DNA of 64,000 nt from Octopus bimaculoides (Eukaryota). Position numbers and translations under genes: made by a program. The notes beneath the pieces are model-generated. The model did not search any database and was not told the origin of the DNA. It was given only the letters and a program-made list of their open reading frames with translations. Shown here in pieces: positions 1 to 11,695 of this stretch (position 1 is the first letter of the stretch; every line of letters starts with the position of its first letter). Location: NCBI RefSeq assembly GCF_001194135.2, contig NC_068983.1, positions 127,980,762 to 128,044,761 on the forward strand, written 5' to 3'.

Positions 1-790
1 AGTGTCTAAGACGCATCCTAGGAGTAAAATGGAAGAGTTTCGTAGCAGATACAGAGGTTTTGCACAGGGCGCACTGTAGCTCAATTGAAAAACATATTAT
101 CCTGGCCCAAATGAAATGGACTGGACATGTAATTAGAATGAAGGATGATCGTTTGCCGAAGCGCTTATTTTATGGTGAGCTCAGCTCTGGTGAGCTCAGC
201 TCTGGTGAGCGACCGCGGCAGAAACCGAGAAAGAGATATATATGAAAAACTAGATATATATGAAAGTGATTGTGAAGGAGATGTTCTGGATCGAAGCAAG
301 TGGAGAGCTGTTGTCTGGACGAGCTGTGATGTTTGGGAGGAAAGGATGCTTCAGCAACTTGAGCTTAAGCGAACCTGTCGAAAGGGAAAAATTGTAATCA
401 GTGGAGAGTATAGGATGTGTACTGTATGTGATCGCGTTCTTCTGTCAAAAGCAGGATATGTGAATCACATGAAAACACATGAAGGTAGAAATTCCAGACA
501 CCCTAAATACCAAACACCTTCTGCGACCTGTGGCATATGTCACAAGGTTTGTAAAACAATACCCGGTCTTAAGAGACATATGCTGGTTCACAGAAGCGTT
601 TTCCAGCGGGCAAGTATCAAGATGCCTGAACATTTGTCATCTGTGCTGTAGACCTTGTCGCTCAGCAGCCGGACTTCAAAGTCACTTGAGGGCTCACCAA
701 CGAAGTGATTGTACTGCGTGATGATATGTGTGGATTGTTGATGGGATGGCTATCGTCTGTCAAGATGGAGCGGTCGTCATATATATATAT
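1..790 (+). mobile_element. RTE-clade LINE, 3' end (post-RT region, C2H2-like motifs, 3' UTR, (TA)n tail); frameshifted
   Basis: The frame from nt 3 reads CLRRILGVKWKSFVADTEVLHRA..AQMKWTGHVIRMKDDRLPKRLFYGEL..RPRQKPRKRY, then after a frameshift DRSKWR, matching the RTE C-terminal pattern. Three CxxC..H...H motifs follow (418-, 529-, 635-697). The element ends in ATATATATAT at 779-790. Confidence 0.9.
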
Positions 791-805
791 GAGGTGTTCG
801 TAGCT

Positions 806-892
806 ACTTCAACATAGCTGTCAGTTCGAACGGACTTTACAGCGATTTTTTAAACTCCAACTGGACATATCCTCTAGCTGGTTAACGATGCA
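806..892 (+). repeat. Diverged ~87-bp direct repeat, copy 1 (copy 2 at 1395-1480)
   Basis: ACTTCAACATAGCTGTCAGTTCGAACGGA...CCTCTAGCTGGTTAACGATGCA; the 22-bp block at 871-892 is identical to 1459-1480. Confidence 0.8.
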
Positions 893-1165
893 CCACTGCA
901 TTCAAGTTATTACGAGCTGGGGACAGAACCCTCGCCACTTTCTAGCGACGGGTACAACAGACCAGTCTGGTTTCGATTTATTTCTACCCCTCTTCAGTAC
1001 TGAATCCCTCGTCTGATAAAGATGGCAGTAGTTCGCTTTTGCCCGCAATAAAATTTGAAGCGTCATACACTCGCTGATTTTGCAACAAGAAAAATTGCTA
1101 GTTATAAAATTTCTCTCAGAGGTCAACACAGTAGTTTTAATAACAAGTAACATTGTTGCCACTTC

Positions 1166-1387
1166 AAGGCGTCGAACTGGCAGAAAAGTCGGCATGACGG
1201 GCAAAATGCTTAGCGTTATTTCGTCTGTCTTTAAGTTGTGAGTTCAAATACCACCGAGGTCGCCTCTCCCTTTCATCCTTTCGGTGTCGATAAATGAAGT
1301 ACCAGCTGCGTATTGGAGTCGACCTAATCGACTGGATCCCTCTCCCCACAAAATTTCGGGCCTCGTGCTTTGAGTGGAAAAGAATTA
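1166..1387 (+). mobile_element. tRNA-derived SINE, family A (tail type 1)
   Basis: GGCGTCGAACTGGCAGAA head, B-box-like GAGTTCAAATACC, core CCTTTCATCCTTTCGGTGTCGATAAA, tail CTCCCCACAAAATTTCGGGCC..AAGAATTA; alignable by eye to 27221-27452 and 37361-37570. Confidence 0.85.
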
Positions 1388-1394
1388 CGCAGAC

Positions 1395-1480
1395 ACTTCG
1401 ACATGGCTATCTGTTCGAACGGATACTGCGATTTTTTTTTAATCCCAAAAGGGCATCTCCTCTAGCTGGTTAACGATGCA
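1395..1480 (+). repeat. Diverged ~87-bp direct repeat, copy 2
   Basis: ACTTCGACATGGCTATCTGTTCGAACGGA...CCTCTAGCTGGTTAACGATGCA, matches 806-892. Confidence 0.8.
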
Positions 1481-2061
1481 TTGCAACATCCGAGAAATTG
1501 TAAACATTGTGTGTGTGTATGTGTGTGCACGTATGCATATACATGAGTGTATATAGATATACATGTATTTTTCTATTTTTCTCCATATATATGTTAATAT
1601 ATATTCATATATATGCGTGTGCATAATATTATCTGTATGTGCATATAAACATAATGTACTTTTACGTTTGAGTAACACACTTTTATATGTTTGACTTGGT
1701 ATTATTTTTGTTTCTATGTCTCTGTGCCTATGTGTGTATTATAGTGCGGACGCGAGCGTTATTGTGTGTCAGTGTGTGAATATGTATACGCATATTTCCA
1801 TAAAGAACACTGCTGTAGTATGACGTTTGTTAGTGTCAAGGATTCTCAAATAGTTTTCTGAATGGCTTTTTATATGTTTGTAATTCTTCATTTATTACAT
1901 TTGGATATATATATATATATATANNNNNNNNNNNNNNNNNNNNNNNNNNNNNNNNNNNNNNNNNNNNNNNNNNNNNNNNNNNNNNNNNNNNNNNNNNNNN
2001 NNNNNNNNNNNNNNNNNNNNNNNNNNNNNNNNNNNNNNNNNNNNNNNNNNNNNNNNNNNNN

Positions 2062-2112
<51 letters not shown>

Positions 2113-2574
2113 AAGCATACATTTACTTCTGTGTGTGTGTTTTGGTGTGTTTGACTCATTGCCTGTATATGTGTGGGTGTTTCTCTATACCTCTAACAAA
2201 CCCACTCTTGTAACCATATATATATTTTTTCCTCCTTGTGCTACATTTTCCTCCTAGAGTATCATTAAAATTTAATACTAAAAAAATATTTGCTAATAAT
2301 TCATATATTATTTGATCCACTCAATAGAGTCAAACAAAAATTCTATTCGAATATAAATTTGTAAATAATTAATAAGATTGCATCCTACATGTGGAACTAA
2401 TTAGGTGTCAGACTATACTAGTCATCAATGTTTCTATTTTAATTCTGATATTGTATTTAAATTGTCATATATCAGTCATCAACCTTCATCCAAGCAAGTT
2501 TTGTTCCATTTTTCAAGTGTGTGTATATGTATGTATGTATGTATGCATGAACGCATACATTACATACGTATATA

Positions 2575-2794
2575 TGTTGTGTTGACGCCCTCAGCGAAGA
2601 AATGGGGTCTCCCAAGACATATAAAAAGAAGTAATCTGGCCGTGGTAGGTGTATTGAGTAGCAGTCGAGGAGCAGTTGTGTAGCGGTTGAGTAGAGATCA
2701 CCTGAAGGTGCTTGATAGCAGTAAATTGAGAAATAACAGTGGCGACGAGGATTTCGAAGCTCACACAGCCACTGGTAGTATTTGAGACATAACA
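2575..2794 (+). mobile_element. Internally deleted LTR-retrotransposon remnant (LTR, PBS, terminal stub of 3' LTR)
   Basis: TGTTGTG start at 2575, TATAAAA at 2620-2626, AATAACA end at 2738, and PBS-like TGGCGACGAGGAT at 2740-2752. A second LTR-like end (GTAGTATTTGAGACATAACA) finishes at 2794. ATATA flanks both sides (2570-2574, 2795-2799). Confidence 0.6.
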
Positions 2795-4269
2795 ATATAC
2801 AAATGCATGAACTTGAGATTTTATTGCCAGAGATTTCAAAGTTTATAACAATGAATACATCAAGACATTTAGATTAACAATAATAATATTACTAACATCT
2901 TCCCTTACACGAGTGGATAATACTTTCTGCGTTGAATACACACGTAATTTATGCCTTAAAAAATATCTGTAAATGCGTAAATGTCTGTGTTCGTTGACTG
3001 TAAAAGCATACATAGCAGATTAAGATAATATTTTCGTTGTGGAAACCTGAGTTTGGTAGCGCTACGTGGCTTCTAGCGCATATTTACCGCAATTCCCAAG
3101 TCCAGCATTATTACATATTTATCTTAGGAAATATAAACACGGGAAAGTCTTAATTGCTTGTTAATCGTTGTATGATTAAATGTTGTAACTAGTGCATATA
3201 TTTCAAGTACTTCCTGTAGAGTGGAGAGCAATGCCAATAGCTATTCTTTGGGTGTCTGTCTGCTGAGAGTAACGTACTTTCATTTGTGACTTGACATAGT
3301 TCTATATTTTGAAAGGTATTTTGAAGTTCTAACTGATTTTAGTATCGATTCCTTAGGGCTAGAAACACGGAACCTATATTATATATCTGTATTTAAATGG
3401 AATCAACACCAGTGTAAACGTTCATATTCATTTTACTACGTTTGTTTAAATGAGATGTAGCATCTCCCCTTATAGAAAATTGCACTTGCTGGAGCAACCG
3501 CATTCGTATGAGCATGACATTTAGAGCAACATTGTAGAGTTTCTGTAAAACATTCAGATTAATACAATATAATATATATTCCTTCATACGATATATTCCC
3601 CCAGCATGCCTCAGTGGAAAAGCAAATTTGGCCAGAACACTGGTTAGTATTGCAAGTATTATTTTGCAAATATTTTTGTTGCTGTCAAATATTTCGCTTC
3701 GGTTGCGACTAGTATCAATTCTTATTGCTACCTTCCTTTCTTCATATTGTAACACAACTGATAGATTCTGTTTTTCTTATGCTATTTTCATAAGCAATAA
3801 CAAATGTTCTAAGTATCAACTTACTTCAATTTACACACAACAAATGAAGTATAGTAACATGAAATCCTCAGATACTTGAGTATAATAACACATTGTTATT
3901 ACATTATTTTAAGTTTGTTGTCAAACTGAATTATTTTCTGAACAGAATGTATCTCACCTTAGATGATTGTCCTCAGTGTAATATTATATAATGCGCCAAA
4001 TTGCAACGTAAGTAACATCACCTCAAATATTGATGCATTATACGAGATCTTACGCGAAAATACAGAGGTAGAACAGAATTGATCTACTATTTACTATAGA
4101 ACTTACTTTTGAAAGCGTGATTGATTTGAAAGTCTTGGAGGAAATTCTAATCATAACTCGTAATTGAAATCAGTATTTACAATATTAATAACAATGCGAA
4201 TAATAAAAGTAATAATAATTTTGATATTACATTGACAAAAGGCTATACAATTTCAGAAGATCACAGTCG

Positions 4270-4360
4270 TTTAAATCAACACCAATACTTAATGGGAAAT
4301 TAATTTATTGAACTCAGAAAGTTGAAAGACAAACATGACCTCGGTGTCTGAAACGTAGAT
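4270..4360 (-). mobile_element. Degenerate SINE family A fragment
   Basis: AATTTATTGAACTCAGAAAGTTGAAAGACAAACATGACCTCGGTG resembles the reverse of the family A core (TTAATCGACCCCGAAAGGATGAAAGGCAAAGTCGACCTCGGCG). Confidence 0.45.
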
Positions 4361-5019
4361 CGTAAATCGATCTAATAGCTATTATCACAAGAGTTTCTCC
4401 GAAAACATCTAGGCTGTCATGGAACATCATTACTACTACAACAACTGCAACTACTAATATTACTAATAATAATAATACATTTAAAATTAGTGGTAGTCAG
4501 GGTTCCATTTTAAACATGTTTTTACACCTACAATGCGCAGCATTATAATCATAGAGGGTTGCAACTCATTTTTTGTCCAGCTTTACACGGATTGGACAAA
4601 CAAGCTTATTTGATTAACAATAAGGAAGAACTGAGGGCATTGTATAATGAATCGACCAAACTCAAGAAATAATAAATCAAATAATTAAAACAACATATTC
4701 CGATATAAAATGTATTTTTAAATAACGTTTCTCCTGAGTGGGCCGAACCACCAATCTGTGATAGACCTCACGACTCAGGACTTTTATTTTCTGCTTCTAT
4801 TGAGACTGAAAAATATTAGACCCAATGTTGCTTGAAGCGGACTGTGTAATACATTTCCATTGCACATTTGTGCAGTTTCTTTACGATAATAGCCAGTTTC
4901 GTGAGCACTACAATAATATTAATAAGAATACATATATGAATACATACGTTAGTGCGAATTTACAAGAAGAAAAAATATTGAAATGTGCAAAGAAAACATC
5001 TGGTTTTGTATATTCATTA

Positions 5020-5061
5020 TTGAGTAAAAATTGAGTAAAATTGAGTAAAATTGAGTAAAAA
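5020..5061 (+). repeat. Minisatellite TTGAGTAAAA(A) x4
   Basis: Directly visible tandem 10-11-mer. Confidence 0.9.
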
Positions 5062-5426
5062 TTAAAGATGTATTATATATAAAACTGTATATAACATACA
5101 ATAATAAAGACATTATTCAAATAATAAGAATGAAAATAACTGACAACCTAACTACGGTTGGGAATCTGCAATCTAGCTTGGATCAACGCAGGCCACTACA
5201 TTGGCCATCTGTCACATTTAAAAATATATTAGACGCGAATGTCTCGTCGGGCGTTTTGATGTATGACTTGAGCATCAAGAAGACTTCAACATCCTCTAAA
5301 AAGCTTCATCTTAGCTGTTCATGGCTTTATATATATAGTATTTTTCTTGCGCGTTCCACACATATGAGATATCTACTTCTTACTCATCAGATTGCAACTC
5401 CCTTCTCGTTCCTTGATTTCTTTTAG

Positions 5427-5450
5427 CAGCTCCGTTCATTCTTTTGTTGG
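5427..5450 (+). CDS. Candidate 24-nt exon (NAGNAG acceptor), phase 1-1 reading xAPFILLL
   Basis: Strong pyrimidine tract CCTTCTCGTTCCTTGATTTCTTTTAG/CAG and donor TGG|GTAAAG; length is a multiple of 3. No homology evidence. Confidence 0.3.
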
Positions 5451-6641
5451 GTAAAGAATAATTAAATTTTATTCGACGTGCTGAGAAATGAGTTTTGCAC
5501 ATTTGATTGTCTATCATCCTGCATATTACAACTGTATACCCAAACCTACCAATGATATTTTGGGGCTGGCCATGTTAAATATAAACCGTTTGGAGATGTT
5601 TCCGTTTTATGCCAAATTAAATTATTAAAGGTATTCATCAAGATTCCATAGTTAACTTTTATTTTATGTATTAACATTTTCCATTTTATCTATGATCATT
5701 TCCAATATGAAGGACATATTTCTCAATCTAACTTGCATGGACTCAATATCATCCTAAGTAATTATATACTTCATATATTTTGCTTTCTTTTTCATCTCGT
5801 CTACCTCGTTATATTATTTTTTAATTTCCTCCTTTTCTTTTTTTCTTTTTTTACTAAACTAGTTCTGTTTCACATATTTAGCCATCGTTTGGGATACATT
5901 ATCCTTAAGAGTGTAGCTTTGGCAAAGCCCACTTCTAGGATTGCTGACGAAGCAATGTCCATCTACATTCCAACTGATTCTATTGACAGTGCATTCACAC
6001 TGGTAAACTTCGAGATATATTGTTGTTGCTACTACCTGCCAGTTCCGCTGCACCTCATTGTTGTCTTTTTTTTATGTTTATAAAACCTGTGACGTTGTTA
6101 GCCCCCATATATCTTTTGATGTGACAAATACAAAATCTGGTATATCAAAATACCGCCATCTCTTTATGAAAAGGAGTTTATCAACGCCCTCCTTCCCCAA
6201 TCTTCTACAACGACCCTCCTTCCTCACTCTTCTATGTTAGGAAACCTTTGAAGCACAACTGTATGGCATATGTTCCTCGCCTAGACTTGGTTATACCTAA
6301 CACTTCTCATTGAATAATCACACAATTGTTAAGTAAAATATGTTATGTATTTAACGTTTGAAATTCTTGTCCCTACCAAAAGCCACAAAAATATCATTCT
6401 TCATTTTTTTCTCAAAACGTTTTTATTCTAATTTTCAGCATTTTCTACATTTTATTAGTCTAATGCGTTCTTTCTGCGCAGATTGGAAAACATATTATTC
6501 AATTGTTTTTTTTTATTCACTTATAGATAATTTGCATTGAATGTCAGCTGAAAAATAAAACAAAACAGATAAAATTTGTATATAATTTGCACCAAAAGTT
6601 GAGTGAAAACATCAACAACATACAAACTACCTTTAATTTAG

Positions 6642-6731
6642 TACATGGTAGAGAAATGATGGAGAAATATCATCCATTTCTTGAAAATGGAGCCAAAAAA
6701 ATTATTCCAAAACGGAACCATTATAAAGCAC
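6642..6731 (+). CDS. Candidate 90-nt exon, phase 1-1, reading xHGREMMEKYHPFLENGAKKIIPKRNHYKA
   Basis: Acceptor CCTTTAATTTAG| and weak donor CAC|GTAATG. It lies in a stop-free frame (6527-6751) and has coding-like purine-rich composition. Confidence 0.3.
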
Positions 6732-6805
6732 GTAATGTCATGACCAAATAGAAAATGACAGTTACTACATCTACTACTGCTGCTGTTGTGGCTACTACTG
6801 ACAAT

Positions 6806-6820
6806 AATTATAATAAAATG

Positions 6821-6873
<53 letters not shown>

Positions 6874-7021
6874 CCACAACAACAATAATAATAATAATAA
6901 CAACCGCAACAACAACAATAATAACAACCACAACAACAACAATAATAATAACAACCACAACAACAATAATAATAATAATAATAACAAAAACAACAATAAC
7001 GACAACAACAACAACAACAAC

Positions 7022-7057
<36 letters not shown>
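6806..7057. repeat. (AAT)n/(AAC)n compound microsatellite
   Basis: Directly visible; it produces the poly-N, poly-I and poly-L ORFs in the track. Confidence 0.97.
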
Positions 7058-7562
7058 TTGATGAAAATGATAAGGAATTTGTTTACTTTACAGAGCCAAA
7101 TAAATGATTTTCAATTTACAGTAATTAATTACATTTCTCCAATATTCAATATTGGACTATATAATTATCTGTGAAATGATTATGCATTTGACCTATAAAT
7201 TATCCGAAAATAATAAGGTTTCTACAAATGAACTTTCCTTTTATCGTTTTGTTAACTTATTATTAGAAATCCAAATGAACCTAAATTGTTTCTATTAAAA
7301 AAATACACAATTATCTGTTAAGAAACTAAATAAATTTCTGAAGAAGCAACCCATACTCTATCAACAGCGATATATTTATAACCAAAAGAGTTTTAAGTAT
7401 CGATTTACAAACAGAATTTTCTTTTGTGGCAGTAAATGTTTTTCATATTTGATATAATGAAAAACTTGGCCGATTTTCCTTAGCTAAACATAAGTATTTA
7501 GAATTAAAATGTCAAGTACAGATCTATATCATTATATCAATAAATTAATAATCATATTGCAG

Positions 7563-7591
7563 GTTCTTCGACAGAGGACAGTGAACTGTAA
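7563..7591 (+). CDS. Candidate terminal exon, phase 1, reading xSSTEDSEL-stop
   Basis: Acceptor CATATTGCAG|, TAA at 7589-7591, AATAAA at 7613-7618; phase-compatible with 6642-6731. Confidence 0.25.
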
Positions 7592-9035
7592 ACATTTAAA
7601 AATACGAAAGAAAATAAATTTCCTCTGAAAATCCTCATATTGTCAATCTGTTATCTAAAAAGGAATTTATTGCAATCCTTTTAATATAGCACAAACATTT
7701 CATTATCCAAAATAGTTGTGAAATATATAATTGCTGTTCTCCATCTGTCTTATAGTTACAGTACAGCCGCCCAACTGCTGCAAACTTGTCTGTTATCGTA
7801 ACGCGTACCATACTTTCATGAATTTTATCAACCAGCCGCTTATACAATACAGTACCATATATTTGATCTTGCGGATCTTTCAGCGTATAATATCTGGAGG
7901 TGGGACGGTACTAGCAATCAGTTGTTACTTATTACTGCTGAGCGAGCTGGAATAACATAAAGGACACTCGTGGATCCCAGTTCCTGAATTGGGCGTATGG
8001 TGTTATAATTATGAATCAAGGTACCCTCTAAACATTAGGCTACAGTTCTTAACCAGTCATTGTATAAATTCTGGTATGTGCAACATTGCATTTCTTGTTG
8101 CCTGCGCATATATCTCTGATTCAGAGGAATGTTTCTGTCGTTCGTTATACAAGTAAACAAAAGCAAACCTCCTCCAAAGCTGATTAGGAGGAACTCGATT
8201 CAGAGACAGACCTGCGAGAGATATCAAAGTACCAAAATTGCTTCATGTGAAATTCAATACTCGTTGACAATATATCTGCAATTACATTTATTAATCCCCG
8301 ACCAATTAGAAATTTTGTCATTTGTTGGTACCTGAATCTTTCATCGCTTATGAAGAAAGAACAGAGAAAAACAATTTCTAATTGACCTTCTGTCATATTG
8401 CCAACGTGACCATCCACTACTCGACAAAGTGTATGTCGTCAGCCTATAATGCATTGACCTGTCAAAATTGCTTATCATCGTATGATTGGAGGTCAGAAAC
8501 AGATCTGACCAAGTATAGATATACGAGATTACTTAATAATATAAACTGCGATAGCAACAAGGATTATAGCAACGACAGCAATGAAGAAATGAGTTTCGTA
8601 TTTCAATAGGTTTTCAGTGATTACTACTTGTTGATATTACTCTGAATTCTGCAATCTTAAATTAACTTTATAGAGATCTTACACTCACGTATTGCAAATA
8701 GACGCATTAATGAAGCGTTAAGGTTAGTAAAGGCTACGAAATCTCTTCATAATTATCTATTGCCTTTATAAACTCAATAATTCCCTTAACTTTTATCTAG
8801 TTTTCATCAATTCATCTTTGGTATCTAAGCTATCTATAACGGATATCATAGAATTGATATGAAATATGGAGGAAATCATGAAATATCTACCACGTCCATA
8901 GAATCCAGTATAGCGGTATCAATACAATTGCTGCCTAAAATATACGACGCTATATTATGTAATATTATTATTCCTTATTCCATATGTATATTGAGTTACA
9001 TAATCTGGCTCACTATACTAAAAAGTAAATTTTTT

Positions 9036-9189
9036 GGTAAGTAGCTTGCTTGCCAACCACATGGTTCCGGGTTCAGCCCCACTGCGAGGCACCTTGGGGA
9101 AGTGTCTTTTCCTTTAGCCTCGGGCCGACCAAATCCTTGTGAGTGGATTTGGTAGACGGAAGCTGAAAGAAGCTTGTCGTATATGTGTT

Positions 9190-9278
<89 letters not shown>

Positions 9279-9484
9279 ATGTTTGTGTTTGTCCCCCCAA
9301 CATCGCTTGACAACCGATGCTGGTGTGTTTACGTCCCCGTAACTTAGCGGTTCGGCAAACTAGATCGATAGAATAAGTATCAGGCTTACAAAGAATAAGT
9401 CCTGGGGTCGATTTGCTCGATTAAAGGTGGTGCTCCAGCATGGCCGCAGTCAAATGACTAAAACAAGTAAAAGAGTAAAAGAGT
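9036..9484 (+). mobile_element. tRNA-derived SINE, family B, with internal (TA)n tract; 5' head slightly truncated
   Basis: GGTAAGTAGCTTGCTT..GGTTCCGGGTTCAGCCCC head, (TA)n at about 9194-9268, 3' half GTTTACGTCCCCGTAACTTAG..GTGCTCCAGCATGGCCGC and tail GTAAAAGAGTAAAAGAGTA; homologous to 44130-44495. Confidence 0.9.
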
Positions 9485-10320
9485 ATGCAATGAAAGATAG
9501 ATCGTAATTTAAAACCATGTGTGATATGCTTTAGGCCATTTCACCTAGCTCTACGCCTCTGACGAATTCTAATTTACAATCTAGTATTTTACGTTTTTAA
9601 ACGTGCCACATATTTTTTAAAAAATCTCATAAAATTCCATTAAGATATGGTATATTAATATAAGATGCATGCTTAAAAAATATAATTACAATAATACAAT
9701 TTTATTGTGTTGAAAAATGATGTTGCTTTAACAGTCGAGAGGAATGAGTGAATGAACATGAATTACTCACTTTCGGTTGTTTATTTATTTATGTACTAAT
9801 TTATTAAGTGTTTGAAGTTGATAATATGTGTTGGCGCGAGAAAGGTAATTATACACTAAAGTGTGTTTCGGATTTAGAGCCATTTTAATATAGAACTTGC
9901 TATGTTGACTTGAAATACATTTCCTTCTAAGAAGCTGAAGGAAAGTTCGGTAATGACAATTTCAGTTTGACTTGCTAGAAGAAATCTGTAACGATTTCTT
10001 CTGTATAAGTGTTGACCAGTCCAACATTAATATCCTAAACTGAAGGGTTGTGTAAATGGGGCAACTGTTTAAATCCACCATACACGCATTTAAACAATCC
10101 TTCTGATAGACGTTCACAAAATTCCACTCAATCTGATAGATTTGACGAGAAAACATTCCTGGAATTCTTACTATAACATATTATGTGAAAATATAATGCG
10201 GGAATTTAAGAAACGAAAACGATCTTGGCTGGATTAAATTTCACCCTGGGCCTGTTCTTCCAGTGTGTATGATTTTAGATTAAACAGTAACATTAGAGAG
10301 TACTTAGAAAGAGATTGCGA

Positions 10321-10596
10321 CTCCGTTGATTATAACGATGAGGTTTCCAGTTGATCTGATCCCCGAAAAAGCTTGCCCCTGTCATTAACGTGCAAGGGAC
10401 TGAGAATTCCACAACCACACACGCGTACCCTTAACGTAGTTATCGGGGAGATTCAGCGTGACACAGAACGTGACAAGGCTGGTCCTTTGAAATACAGTTG
10501 CTACTCAGTTTTGCTACCAAAGTGGACTGGAACAACGTAAAATAAATTGTGTTGCTCAATGTGACAACTCGTAAATGGGAATTGAACTCACGATCG
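10321..10596 (-). mobile_element. tRNA-derived SINE, family C
   Basis: Minus-strand B-box-like GAGTTCAATTCCC (10577-10589), then TTGAGCAACACAATTT and body GTCACGCTGAATCTCCCCG..TACGTTAAGGGTACGCG. Family recognised from memory of cephalopod repeats. Confidence 0.7.
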
Positions 10597-11661
10597 ATAT
10601 ATCGCGAGTCTACAAACGTGTGTTTGATTAAACGTTCTTACTTTCAGGAAGCTGTAAGAGTCAATTGAGCAATGGAGTACTTTCAGAAAAATCTTCAATT
10701 ACAATAACATAAATCAAATTTTTTATAGCATCTATATTCCATGTCATGTTCATTAATATAGTAAGAGTTAAATACAAAATTCCTCCATATAATTATTCGG
10801 TTGTTATATCCGTGTACAGAATTATGATTTATTTCATGTTATTATGAATATTTCAGTCATGATAAATCTCTCCAATAAATGTCTCATAAACGCGTGCATT
10901 TTTTAAATATATATTTCGAGTTGTTTTATTTTTAAGCAAATTCCCTCACGTTTTTAATGATCAACATAATTTCCTCGTGTTCTTTGATCACGACCACATT
11001 TTAGGTTTAGCCTAAATTTACAAGAATCACGAGCACCGTCATTATTTTTCCTATTTTTATTGAATTATACTTTGATTCAAAAACCAAGAGCAGGTATTCC
11101 TTACGGTAAGGAGGATTAATGAATATATCCTTCATCAGTATGCAAATCAATTTAATTCAAATTTAAACGAAACATGCACCTTATTTCTGATTATAGAAAT
11201 AAAAACAATGTGGCACAAATAAAACACATATTCTCATAAGTACACACACACAGCGCGCACAAACGTAGGTATGTATGAATGCATGTATTTGTACGCACGT
11301 GTGAGTAAGGAAAGTAATAAGTGAAAAAATAAACTAAATTTCATATATATAATATGTGTGTTCAGGAGTTTTGTATTTAAACATATTTNNNNNNNNNNNN
11401 NNNNNNNNNNNNNNNNNNNNNNNNNNNNNNNNNNNNNNNNNNNNNNNNNNNNNNNNNNNNNNNNNNNNNNNNNNNNNNNNNNNNNNNNNNNNNNNNNNNN
11501 NNNNNNNNNNNNNNNNNNNNNNNNNNNNNNNNNNNNNNNNNNNNNNNNNNNNNNNNNNNNNNNNNNNNNNNNNNNNNNNNNNNNNNNNNNNNNNNNNNNN
11601 NNNNNNNNNNNNNNNNNNNNNNNNNNNNNNNNNNNNNNNNNNNNNNNNNNNNNNNNNNNNN

Positions 11662-11695
<34 letters not shown>

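Noticed and set aside
902-1204. 100-aa minus-strand ORF
   Set aside because: It begins antisense within a SINE and has no recognisable domain.
8184-8609. Overlapping 68-77-aa ORFs on both strands in unique sequence
   Set aside because: No family motif; lengths are within chance for this composition.
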